Source: Ramazzottius varieornatus
Taxonomy: Eukaryota > Animalia > Tardigrada
Assembly: GCA_001949185.1 (NCBI GenBank)
Contig: BDGG01000017.1
Span: forward strand, 620,001 to 684,000
Direction: 5' to 3'
Length of the DNA: 64,000 bases
Positions 1-12,387 of the stretch are shown one piece after another. A model generated the notes under the pieces. It was given only the letters and a program-made list of their open reading frames with translations. It had not been told where the DNA came from and did no database searches. Numbering within the stretch: the stretch's first letter is position 1; each line of letters opens with the position of its first letter. The translations under genes were made by a program, and so were the position numbers.

Positions 1-45
1 TTGGAGAAGGGCCTGGAGACGGGGATGGGTAGGGCCTTGACTTAC

Positions 46-3000
46 TTGGGTGTCGACGTGGTAGTAGAAAGAGCCATTGTAGACTAGGTGGCCCACACCG
101 CGGAATGTTTTGGGCAGCGAATACTTGAAGGTGGGTGTGAAGAGCTTAAAGTGGGCCAGGCTGGCGTACTCGAGCAATTGTCGTCCGGTGAACTGTTCGG
201 TTAAGTAATACTTGGCTGCTTGCTCGGCTGTGGCTGGATGAGCATCGCGCATGACCGAACCCCAGGCTGTGGTCGAGGCTTGCTCGCCGGCCACCGGCGG
301 ACTTCGTAACAGAACGGGCTTGCCGATGGCCTCGATCAAACAACCTATCCGAAACCCAGGAAAAAATCAAGTAGGCCCTCGGACAATAGCCATCAGTCTT
401 TCCCTTTAATCTTACTGCGTTTGCGGAGCGGAAGTCCCAGCTTGGCGGTGGGGTAAGACGAGTATCCATCGCCATGAGCGAGGGTGTCAGCACTAAGAGG
501 GCCTACAGGTGACGCTGCATGCGAATGCGCTACAGTCAGGCCATTTGGCGGCAACGGTGAGGGAGTAGGCAGGTCTTCGGCGTTGACCATTGGCCCAAGC
601 ACTTCCTCGTAAGGCAGGGAGCGGCTGGTCGTCTCGGAGACGGAGTAGGCATTGTCCTGCTGGGAGGTCAGCGCTGTGGTACTTGAGCTGATGGGTTGGT
701 CGACCATCGAGGCACCATCTGAACCAGCACTGGCACTTTGGCTAGTGGAAGTAGTAATTACGTCCTTGTCCTGCCAGATTCGGGGCGGCTCGGGTAGCTG
801 CATATCCCTAACCGACAAGACATTGCATAAGACAGTACAGTTAGATCTGGGGGCCAAGCGAAAGTGGATTGTGTCAGGAGGACTTTACCCAGCGGATGGC
901 GAAGAAGTGGTTGCATCGGTAGGTGGGTGAGTTGCCGACGAATGCTCTTGTGAAGGGTCTTGGGGGGGATGGTGCAGGGGTGTAGAGGCTGTGGACATGT
1001 CCTGCGGCCAAGGCTGGGCCAGGTAGGGGTTGTTGGTCGTTGAGAGTAGAAGGGAAGAGCCGGCCGAAGGAGTGGGCTGCTGCTTGATGGAGGAGCTGGA
1101 CCAGTAGGAGGAACTACGGAGCGGCAGCAAGTCTTCGTCGATACACTTGATGGCACAGACACCCGGCGGACCAGGCGGCCCTCGTTCCCCTTTGGCTCCG
1201 CGTGGACCGGGAGGACCGCGGCTGCCTTCGACGTAGACGGCCTGGCTTTTGTTTAATCCATTACTGCCACTTTCTGCAACAACATGAGTCCTACAATCAG
1301 TTAATGTTTCCTTTACCAAGTTTGCTTGTCGTTCCACTTTCAGCTTCTGTTCCAACAGCAAAATGCGGCAAATGTCAACTTGGACTTGGTCATGCAGTTA
1401 CGGTGGTGTTGTTCACCACCGACCGGTCTTGGGCATGCCAGCTGTGCTTTACTTGCGGCTGGTTGTGCTCTGATGATGATGGTGCATATATGGTGAAGCA
1501 GAGAGGGCAAGTCTTACCGGCAGCAGCATGATGAGGCACCGATCGACGGAGAGTGCTGGCACTTTGTGGACAAGTGCAATGCCCCGCAGGTCCAGCAGCT
1601 CCTTTCTCACCCTTCTCTCCGCGTAGCCGAATGTTCACTGCAGAAGCACAATACAAGATATATTCCTGTCATAATTGACCTGTTTATTAACCTCTTAATT
1701 CACAGTTACTAGAGACAATGTGTATCATTTCCTGTCTTGCGCGCCTTGATGATAGTCATCAGAAGAACAAGATATTGTTGGTGGTCAGGCTTATACGGTA
1801 CCAAATCATGACATGGCCATCGAAGCATGATCGGGCTGTGCGCCGAGCTGTATGGTGGGCGGCTTATCAATGAGTGCATGGGCGGAAGAACGTTAACTAG
1901 CAATGTTCATTACAATTACCCATCCATGTCTTCCAGCAAAATTTGGCTACCATCTATGGCTAAGAAGAAACGACCATGAAAGTGAAGGCTTCCTGTGCCC
2001 ATCTTCTGACATGATCCGAGCCAGGGAAGAGAGGCGACGCCTCTCGGACAAGGAGTTGGCCTTGGGAGGCTTGGCGGGGTGGACAGGACGACGAGACCTT
2101 CCAAGTTTCAGTTGAACACAGTGGAAGGATTTCAATTGATTTTGGAGGAGCTGCAGACATTGCGTTGTGCTTGAGAGCTCATCCATAACGACAGCTTTCC
2201 GTATCATTAGACTAAGACTAAAAGCCCACCGAGCGCATCTTCCTCGCTTGACTGACTGCACGGGTTACTATACCCCGGCCCCATCTTACTAATGAAAACA
2301 ATCCACTGATGAAGGACCGACAAGTCGACAACTTAATCCTCCTCATCTCCGTTCAATATTCCAACACCGCTCAACGTCAAGTTTTTCACATTGGAGTATA
2401 GAAGTAGAGGCAAGTTGTATTTGAGCCGATTGCGTATGCGACACAGTGGGAGAGCGTGTTTTGTCATTGGTTATGCGTGCATTGTCTCCAATTATGATCA
2501 TATAACTGCTTCATCAACGACTTGTGAGAGAGGCATATGGTAATGGAGTATTTATGCTGCCCGCAGCGAACATGGTGTGGGTAATTAATATAGCCATCAA
2601 TCGTCCATATGATCAGTGTCAGTGGCGGTGGGTGCGAAGATAATGAAGTGAGCGGTGTGATGGCGGACAAAGTGGCCAACGATGGACATTGACGCTAGCT
2701 CAACGAGCCACTCGGCTCCTGACAAGCGCTCTACATTCTCCACTCCATCATTAACCATTCCTCAAATCTCCTCCTCCATCAATTATACCTAGTTATAATC
2801 CGCGCCTGTCACTCACCGCCCAAAAGAGAGCAACACGGAGAACCCAGTTAGCTTTAACCATAACTCGATTATTCCGCGCTACTTTGCTGACATTTACAGC
2901 CTTCCATTGATGGAAGGCAACGTAACTTACCTTCTGGACTGGAAATAAAGGCCTCCATGTCTTGGATGCAGTGGGCGCGAGTGGCTTGGCAAAATTCTTT

Positions 3001-5555
3001 CAGGGCGTACAACTGTGGGAGAAAAGAAGACAAACATCAGGCAACAGCAACTTGCACACTTGTCCCTCCCCAGAACTCTTTCTGCTTGTAATATTGATCG
3101 CCATGACTGTGATGGTTTGCTGACTTCACTGCGACAAATTGCATTAGATGGCTGGATGTCAGTTTGCCACAAGTTCTTGACATTGGCACTTGTTTCGCAT
3201 TTCAGCGATGGTACAAGTTTCTCGACAGCTCAAATCTCGCTTGAATGACCAGGCGACAAATATTCGATTCGCTACTGTCATGTAATACTCTCTGGCGGAT
3301 CAAGCAAAGTGAAAGTCAGAGCAGAATTGAATTTTTAAATGAAATCGGTAGTGGGATTAAGTCGTCTTGTCCTGAATGATACTTCTGGTGGTCCGTCTGG
3401 AAGGTTTGCTCCTCATTACACAACTGATCTGGCAAAAGCACTCAAACTGCAATTGAATCCAGCCTAATCTCCGCGCTATAACTTGAAAGAAGCTGGGATT
3501 AAGATTGTGGCCGAAACCTATACTCCCCTCTTACTCTGAATACAATTGGCTTCTCTCTCATGTGGTCTCTCCTTGCTGTTACTGTACTGGAGTTGGGCTT
3601 TTAGCTTTGCGGGCTTGACAGGATGAAAAAAAGAGAATTAACCCCTGTCGTAAATTTGGCCGCGGTCAAGGCGGGCAGGCTCTTGGTGTTCGTTGATTCC
3701 CTCATCAAAACCTTTCCCCTTTTCCACTGTCGAGGTTCTGTTAGGCAGAGTCGTTGAGAGCCAGGCTTTTTCCTTGATTCATTTCAGGCGCAAACCGTAT
3801 CTACTGTACTTTGTAGATATGTTTGTGTGTCGACCCGATTGCTTATGATCTAGGAGGCAAAAGAATAATTAATCAGGCCACAGTTATGATGGGAAAATTT
3901 GCGGTATATATTTGCATGCTTGACTGGTCAAATGTCGATGGTGCTCGTTCAAATTTAAATGTGGTACTCGTACTCCACTGATATACAGTATCTGCGGCTG
4001 TCATCGTACAACAGCTGGCCAAGGTTAGCACCCTGGGATGTGGTGCATACTGTGGCCGGAACGATAATTGCCTGACAATCAAGCAGACATTCCCTCCTTC
4101 AATGTCAAGTTGGTATTCCAGCCAACCCAACTAACGACTTGAAAAATGACGATAACCAGGAAAAATGACCATTGGGTTAAAAGAGGCCTATAATTCGCCA
4201 CTTCAGGCAATGTAGACTCTTTCTGCGGTGAGGGCCTTCTTCATCCAAAGGAGGAAGTGGAGCAGCATTTCCTCTTCCATAAAGACAGTCATGAAAGGCT
4301 GCAAATGTCCCTCCCTTAGACAAGGACATTTGCCGCTTCTTTATTTCCGCCTACTTCATTTCCATAATGTATGCCTGCCTGCCTTCGGAAGGAGCCTTTC
4401 TCCACTAAAAGATGACTAAATTCACCACGTGTTCCACATGCATGGCCAACTGGCCCCCCGAAAAGGCGGCCTACAGACATTTTCTGATTTGAAATGCAAC
4501 GAATTAGGGAGAAACGTCCCTTCACTTTGCTTGACGTCTGGGCAAACTCGATTAAATCCATGTCCATATCCCCGACCCTGTTTGACTATATTATCTTTTG
4601 ACTGCGTGCTAAAGTGAGAAAAGCGCTGCGAGGGTCGCATGTGCAGGACGATGGAAACCCGCCCAACGAGCCGGGCCTGACAAGGGCGATGGACTTGTCG
4701 TTGGTGCAGATGACAGTCGAAGGAGGATAAGTCAAAGAGGGGATGGAAGTGTTGTCTTACCGGTATCCTGCTGTGGCTAGTTAACCAGACATATTCCGTG
4801 TCAGTCATGTGCTGAGCGCTGGTCGGCGCCTTGGCAGTGGAAGTGGCGCCCTGATCCCAGCTGCCCACATGGACCGAAGACCTTCGTTGCGAACCGGGCA
4901 CCAGCCGTTTGCCTTTGCCATGCGGGCTGGAGGTCGAGGCGGCGACGGCCACCTTTACTCTACTTATAACCGGCACACCGGGTGGTAACCTTTTCTTTAC
5001 TGTCCGTCTGCTCTGCGTTGGCATGACATGCCGACGTTGCCCCCTGCTCTTCACCACTGTACTTTCTCCCTCCGTCTCATCCTCAGCTGGAAGATGGTCG
5101 ACCATCGTCTGTGGTTCGGCGTAAAAATCAGCATATTGGCCATTAGCAAATGCATCGAGCTCGCTATAATACAGCCGAAGTTTGTCGTTGAGATCGGCCA
5201 TCTGTAGGGTGAGGTGCTCTTGCTGAATCTGCCACTCCCGCCGTAGTAAATAAAAGGCCGGAATGGCCGAGAGGAGTAGGGTGATGAATAAGGCAAATTG
5301 GACTTTGAGTAGGAGAGACGAGGAAGTGGATAAAGAGGGTAAGCAACAGGTGGAGGAGGCGCACCTGGGCGAAGTGTGGGCTGGTGGCGGAGTCAGGACG
5401 TGCCGTAATCGCCGGCTGCCCACTATGTCCTCCTCCTCTTTGCCATCGGCCAGCATCTCCTCCTTCTCTTCCTCCTCATCGTCGTCCCCCCTCTTTAGCT
5501 CTTGATTGCTACAACGATTATATAGAATATTGCGACTGCCGCCGTTCTTCGTCAT
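46..5555 (-). CDS. Colmedin-like (gliomedin/UNC-122/COF-2 family) type II transmembrane collagen with olfactomedin domain; multi-exon, 3' end beyond window start
   Basis: First exon (5555 to ~4761) has a cytoplasmic N-terminus, a TM segment (VQFALFITLLLSAIPAFYLL), a coiled coil, basic clusters and the motif YVWLTSHSRIP before a GT donor. Gly-X-Y exons lie at ~1640-1520 (GEKGEKGAAGPAG) and ~1273-890 (GSRGPPGPRGAKGERGPPGPPG), then an S/T/P-rich exon (~840-416). Exon 344-46, absent from the ORF track, translates to SCLIEAIGKPV...WGSVMRD...LLEY...YSLPKTFRGVGHLVYNGSFYYHVDTQ, the start of an olfactomedin domain. The exon chain between 4760 and ~1660 is unresolved. Confidence 0.75.
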
Positions 5556-6966
5556 GATGACCTGATGGAGGAATAAGTCATTGGCAGATCAGATAAAGTC
5601 CGATGCAACCCCACCATCGACCTCGAAAAGTCCGCCGGAGCTTTCCGAAAGACTAAACATCAGTTTTCCCGATGGTTTATGATAGTAACATCATGGCTGT
5701 TGGTCAGTGTCGAGTAATGGGAGATAGTACCGTTGCCGCATTCTCCTAGCAGGAGGTCGTATTTTGATGGCTAATGTCGCTGGCACTTTCACTCCTTCAC
5801 TCAAAAAGACATTCCTTTACGGCAACTTTCCCTTCCACTATGTAATCAAATATAATGAGCTCCAACCGCCAAAAGGTCAGCGCCAATTCAAACTGTGCAT
5901 ACTTCAGCCCAAGACCAGCTCAGATTTCAGTTATACACTATGCGCCACCAGCACTTCGTTAAATGTACCACTGATGAAATGGAAAGAAGAGCGAAGATTT
6001 ATGATGTCTGCCCTCGGTCTTTCGGCAATATTCCGGTGCGTACTTTATCGTTTGCTCGCGCAGTCGATCATGTTGGGCGTGTACGTATGTGAAGTATATA
6101 CCGTACTAGGACGTCACGACGTGCCTATCATGAAGAACCCGGCCACCGTACAGCGCATACTATCGCTATATTTGCATGCTGTACAGTGTACTGTAGCCAT
6201 TAGCGAGAGTAATTTAATAAAAAGGATGGTGAATAATTCTAATTGGATTGACAAGCAAGCAGTCAGTGCCCAATGCCGACTGGCAAATGGCAATTTAAGA
6301 AAGATGCATCCATGCAGGCGACTCTCCTTCGACAGCCCATCTAGTCCGGTCCACATCTTTGGTGGCGGCCATGTTGCCAACAGCTCGCCTTTACAGTCAC
6401 TTGTTGTAGTGCATTAGTTTGCCCATGCATCAATCGTCGATTATGCTAGTGTATATGATAACAGGGCGACAAGTATCGCGTCGAACCATTTGGCACAAGC
6501 TGCGTTGTGTGGCACGAGCTTGAGATGAACAAGCGCTGACAGAAGACACATCAAAGGCGCCATTGCTAGCTAATAAATGGCGCTCAATTACTGCATAAAT
6601 ATTGTTGTTGTCCACATATGTCAGCTGTATACAGTTGCCTTTGACGCCTTTAGCTATTTACGGCCTGTATTAATTAATAGACTGCCTAAACTGATAATCC
6701 AATCGTCCTGCGTATTTCCCACCAGCAACCTACCTCAAAAGAAACATTGAAACATGTCATATCCTTTTCGACTGTCCGACAGTGCTAAAGTCAATGGGCC
6801 ATTATAGCTGTGCTTGCCGTCCAAAGGCCAAAAGAAAGAGACGAAAAAGAAAAGCGCCCTCGTGTTGTCTCACGACAAAAAGCTCTGCTCTGCTATAATA
6901 TGCCGGATGAAAAGTACACAAGTGATCAACCAACTAGAGAAAGAAGAGAAAGGAATCAAAGTAGTA

Positions 6967-9900
6967 TTACAGTACGCTGAGAGACGAGCCGTTGTCGGTC
7001 AGTTTAGCCTTCTTGACAGCCGAGGTGGTTTCTTGTCCGTCGGCGGCTCCTTGTGGGTCGCTGTACAGTTTGGCTTCTTCCGCTGTTCTCTTGTGGTTCC
7101 CGTTGGTCATGGGTAGGCTGTGAGGCCCCATCTGCTGGACGTGGCTGTCGCCATCTATCTGTATCTGCTCGGCAGGGCCAACTGCCATGCCACCATTCTT
7201 GGCACTTTCAGCTGCTGCAGGAACATCTCTGGCGGCAGTGATAGCGGGCAGCTTGACGATGATGCAAGTCATGTTGTCCATCCCTGTCCCATCTCCGCCA
7301 GCGTTGGGCGCCAGCACTACGCTGAACAACTACAAACCACACATTTTCCATGTTCTTCAAGCCTGGCTCGTTACATGCGAGCTGGGTGAAAGAACTCGAC
7401 AAGACTGTTTCTTGAGTAGCGCGCACTGTCAATATTAATGGCCGACGGCGCGCGTCACATGGACAACTCAACAAGATCGCCTTTGCAAGTTGCGCAAGTT
7501 TACAGTATTATTGGCCTAAAGTTTACGCCTCTTGAAAAGGTGATCTTGTCGGGTTAGTTTTCCAGCTTCCGGTCACTTGGAATAGCTCTTCTTATTCATA
7601 ATCATATTTACTTTATTGAGACAAAAAGCCCACCTCTTCGCAAATGCTGGCTAGGTTGTTGTTAGCTATTGCCTTGTCCAGTCGTTCTTTGACAAAGTCC
7701 ACTACTTGTTGGCTACTCATGGAATTCCTATCAAAACACACAACACACTGGTATTCCCGTGTCCGTCAGTGGAACAGATGCACAAAGTGAACTGACCAGA
7801 TGCCGTCGCAGGCAATGACCATAAAGTCATGCGAGGAATTTAGCGCTAAGGTTCGGACGTCGGGCTTGGCACTGATCATCTGCTCGCTCAAATCCAACTC
7901 TTCGTTCCGCTTGTAGTTGTGGTCACCTAACAAACACGCCTTCATAGTGTTTCTCGCACTTCACTTTCGGTTAAAACACGGCCAGTAAGAAGGTTTGGAC
8001 TCACCCAGAGCGCGGCTGAGGTTGAGACCATTGTTGACACGCCCATCGGAAGTGACTTTCCCGCCGGCACGGTTGATCCTGGCCGTCTCCAGGGGATCGT
8101 CAGGCTTGTGGTCGATGGACATGTCCACAGCTTGACCATTCTGCGAGACCACACAACGAGAATCGCCCACGTTAGCCACGTACAGCACGTTCTTTTTGAT
8201 GAAGGCCAAGCAGGCTGTTGCACCGCTATCGTATCCAGCCTACATGAAAGACAAAGCCCAATTTGCAGCCACCATTCCCTGTTAACGTGATAGTAGTGCC
8301 TCGACTTACCACTGCTGTATGGCTTTCTCCGAAATCGAACATGCCCGGTGGAAGGAGAAGACGTCGACCAGCGGGAGACCTGCAAAAAACACGGTATACA
8401 TTACCTGGCATTACATATCACGTACCCCTACATGACAAGTCGACAACACCATATGACATCACTGAATGTCCACACCACACATTACATGACACCGTGTAAC
8501 GCATACAATCGTTTGAGGACTTTCTCGTCATCCAAGTCGTCGTCGTCTTCGTCATCACTGTCAGCCTCTTCAGTGGGTCGGTAGTCTTTGTCATTCTCAG
8601 CGTCGTCCGGCGGTAGGTTTAATACTGAGGAGAGTCCAGAGGAGGATGAAGGCTGGTCGGGGTCGAGGAACCTGCTGCTGGTGCTGGGGCCAGCCGCCTG
8701 ATCGTCATCGATGATGACCGAACGCAGCGGCTTAACCTCTTCCTTCGATGGACCCTCTCCCACCGCACTGCCGGCTATCCTCACCGTGCTGCTAGCGTCA
8801 TCGCCTGCCTCCTCCACCTTCTTTGACATGCCTGCAACGGTATGTTAAAACACCGCTGACTGTTTTCCCGCACGTATCACCAAGTTCGACAGATGCTCAG
8901 TTTATTCTTTGAATCGATCATGCAATGGTTACCGTTAAAGGGATGCTCGGGTTCTGAAGCTGACGATGTAATGATACCGTTCGGTAAGCTTCCCTCCTCG
9001 TTCGCGGTCTTTTGTACTTGTTGATCGTCGGCCACCAGGTGATCAAGCCTGACTTCCGTCGCTGTAAGTTGTGTGACGATAGTGTCAGGGTGGACGATAT
9101 CGCCTTCCGCCTTCTTCGCTTCGCCACTTTCTTTCGCGGATGACTTCGACACCGTCTGTAAGAAGAGGATCGTAAGCAAGAATGAACAACCAAGAAAGGA
9201 GCCTCCAAAATTACCGATTGGCTTTCTTCGGAATGGCCCGTCTCGTCGTCCGTGCTGCCTTCTTCTTCGTCGTCCTCTTCTTCGCTGTCTTCTTCATCGT
9301 CGTCCATGTTGGCCAGATGTTTCATCAGCATCCCCTTCAGGTCCAACTTCTTGTTGGACAGAAGACGTCGCACTTGGTCGGCACTGGAGTTGGCCAACAG
9401 CTCTTCGATGGGCGCATCTGCCTCGTCCAGCAACTCGGCTAAATCTTCTCCATCCTCTTCTTCTTCGTCGCTATCTTCCTCACCCACTTCGTTTCCTGTA
9501 GAACACAAGCCTAAACTTTCGTCGTCAAAAACATGTCATCAGGTGTATGAAAGTTCGATTTCTTCGGACTGGCAAAGAATGACATCTACCGGTACTTTGA
9601 AAACAAAGATATCACGTATTCATGATAGTCGCACGTGACGTCATCGGAAACAGACCAAGGATCTTGTAAAGCTGCCATTCTCATGGTTCATCTGAGACGT
9701 CACGCGTAGTCGGTTGAAAAAATCGACTGCGCTGTATTTACCATCGTCGGTCTGAGAATCGGCATCGGAGTCGTTGCTGTTCTTGGCTATGGCACGTAAG
9801 ACTTCGAGAACATGTGGCTGAGTCAGAAGCTCGTCGAATGACAAGAAGGCTTCCGTGAGGGCCTCCTGAAAGTTGCCCTTCTTATAGTTGTCCAGCGACT

Positions 9901-10198
9901 TGAGATGCTGACCCAGGTGCATGGCGGCATACTTGGCTACCTCGCTGCCTCCGTGTCCGTCAAAGACAGCAAACAACATGGACTGATCGTCGAACTCTGG
10001 TAACGTCACATGGGCATCCTGTAAGAACAATGTCCCATTTCAGCCTTGGCTTGAAAGAGTCGGAGCAGGTGCAGATGACATTACCTCTTGTGAAACACGC
10101 CAGCCTTGCATAGCCGATGCCCCATACAACAAGCCATTTCTCCCACTACCGTTCTCCGACTCCTTGCTCGTTACCGGTGTGGACAAATAAGAACCCAT
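6967..10198 (-). CDS. PPM1G: Protein phosphatase 1G (PP2C-gamma) with long acidic insertion; multi-exon
   Basis: MGSYLS N-myristoylation-type start; MQGWRVSQE|[36 protein letters not shown] and [12 protein letters not shown]2C motifs over canonical GT-AG exons; D/E-rich insert at ~8500-9500. Confidence 0.93.
7380..7567. mobile_element. Double-hairpin MITE-like element, copy 1 (degenerate), in last PPM1G intron
   Basis: Ends agctgggtgaaagaactcgacaagac / gatcttgtcgggttagttttccagct are inverted repeats matching the other copies; two degenerate internal gcgc-centred hairpin units. Confidence 0.6.
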
Positions 10199-10611
10199 TC
10201 TGCTATTCTTACCGAGAAACAAAGGGATTATGTCCTGACTGGAAAGATGTCATGGGTCCCACAGTCCAGAGTGACAGAAAGTAAAATAGTGATTTAATAA
10301 AAACTATAAAATCACAATTTCCGGTTTCGCCGGTTTTGTTGATAACGGGGTTTGCGCAAAACGACGTGAACTGACACCGCTCACGTTCGGACATACATAG
10401 ATCCGTTCGGTTCACCAAAGCGTAATGTTGTAAGTGGAAGCCAATCAACTGAAAACAAATCAAAATGTCATGGAATCAAGATTCCGGGAAAAGCCAAACT
10501 TATTTTGATAGAAGATGGAGAAACTTTTGCGTGTCCGTCACAGTCCGATGTTCATCATCCCGATTACGGCTAGTTTTATTCTGGATTTAACCATCGTCTG
10601 TTTGCAAAAGG

Positions 10612-11956
10612 ATGGATCCCAGGAGCTCGTCGTTGGGTGGTGGACCGTCACCTGCACCAGGGAGTCCAAAGAAAGAGATCAGCAGTTCCTGCCTGGCATT
10701 ATTCAAGGATGCCATCAAGCGCATCAAGAATCAGAAGCAACGCCCAGGCTTCGATCGCATCGCCCAAACCCTCAAGACGCACCACTCCTTCAGTGACCTG
10801 CATTCGATAAAGCAAAACCTGGACATTGCTGTGCGTGATGGCTTACTGCTGACGGTGTGGACCAAAGGTTTACAGTGCTACAAAGATCCGGATAACCTTC
10901 GTTCACTACGCAAGTTCACCGTGACGTCGCCTGCTGAGACACGACGTGCTGTCAAAGCTGCTGTCAGAGAAATCGGCGATCCCATAGGCTCTAAACTGCC
11001 GACAATCTTCAACTATGTCCGCTACTCGTTCACGTAAGTTGGAGAATAATGCTGTTCTTGCGTGAAAAACTGTCATTTTTACCCGTGTTCTTATTTGATA
11101 TGTGCGCAAGTTGAAGTGGGTGTCTTCGTCGGCTGTATAGGCGTCACCCCACTCAACTCGAACATCAGTTTTTCGATTGAACAGTTAAACTCCAACAGTA
11201 TTTCCACTGTTCGACAGCTCTAGCATTGGATTACGTTTGCAGGATTAAAGTGGCTGATTTGGAAGGTGCCATTCGCCAGGCAGTGGAGAATCTGATCAAG
11301 AAGGGAGACTTGACCTGCAATGAGGGAGATCGATACAGGCCCAGTCATTCCATGGCCGAGGGTGGTCGCCTACAAAATTCCGCCTCTTCCTCTCTGCTCG
11401 ACGCCATGGCTGAAGATGAGGATTCCGCCATGCCGACTTCCGTCACAACTTCAACCCCCGCATCTCCCATCAAGCATAATCCCATGTCCCCCTCAAAGAT
11501 CAAGGGATGAGTTCGAGTCTCCTTCTCTTCAAGAAATTGATGAAAGTAAATATCGGGTTATTTTAGGTGGAGAGCAAGACTCCTCTCACGTTTACCAGCC
11601 AACCTTCAACAGCCAATGTTGCTCCAACCAAGACGGACAAGGCAGCAACCAGTGTGTCGGAAGTCTCTAGTCCGTCAATGAGTGTGACTTCCGGCCGGCA
11701 GTTCCACAGGTTCCAGTGCTGGTGTTGTCACCTCTTCACCGCGGACCAGAAGGCCTTTCTGCGCCATGTGGCTAGTCGCGCGCATACCCAGGTGACTAAC
11801 AAGAAGATTATCTACTGCATGTCCTGCCAGTTTCGAAGTCGCAACAGTAAACGACTGCTGGCCCACCTCAAGAAGCACGACTGTCACAGTGGCAAGAGCT
11901 GGTCCCCGGCCTGCTTGCTGACTTTCGGCATCTACACCACTCTCACCCAACCCTGA
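10612..11956 (+). CDS. KAT6/enok-type N-terminal winged-helix pair (SAMD1-like WH + H15-like WH) followed by two C2H2-type zinc fingers; no PHD or MYST domain
   Basis: Exon 10612-11033 reads DAIKRIKNQKQRP...DGLLLTVWTKGLQCYKDP...AVREIGDPIGS. Exon from 11243 completes WH2 (AIRQAVENLIKKGDL). Exon 11567-11956 has CWCCHLF...FLRHVASRAH and CMSCQF...LLAHLKKH. The exon 2/3 junction is non-standard (see findings). Confidence 0.7.
11038..11196. repeat. Nested imperfect inverted repeats (foldback) filling most of intron 1 of the WH-zinc finger gene
   Basis: Pairs gttggag/ctccaac, ctgttc/gaacag, gaaaaactg/cagtttttc and agttgaagtgggtg/caccccactcaact occur in nested order. Confidence 0.6.
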
Positions 11957-12387
11957 ACGACGCGGAAGGAAACCTCATAGTTCTGGTCTTGTCACTTGTG
12001 CACTTTATTCCAGTCGTTTGTGACTTTAACCCGTCTCTCCTTTCTGCTGCATTTTCTTGTTGATTTGTCCAAAGTATTTTGATGACTTTGACGTGCATCT
12101 GCCTGTCCACACAACGCTTCTTGTTTTGATTTCTTTCAACCGATGTTCCGCTGTTAATTTGCCAGCAGTGTTTCTGATAAGGTTTCTCAGTGCTTGGAAT
12201 TGTTTGTTTCAGTCAGTTCAGTATGTTAAGTTTTGTAAAACGAATTACACTGAAGCTCTGCTTCAAACATGAACTCATACCGACCAACAGCTAGTACGTA
12301 ATTCGCCGTCGATATTACATGCATTAAAATATCACAGGTTGGCAAAATTTCATGGTAATGTCATTTCGGAGACGAGAGAACAGACAT

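Noticed and set aside
105-130. Apparent frameshift in the olfactomedin exon
   Set aside because: Re-reading gives an uninterrupted frame, TAT TCG CTG CCC (YSLP).
5764-6417. 217-aa ORF on + between the colmedin gene and PPM1G
   Set aside because: No recognisable motif and non-coding-like composition; probably a chance ORF in a regulatory region.
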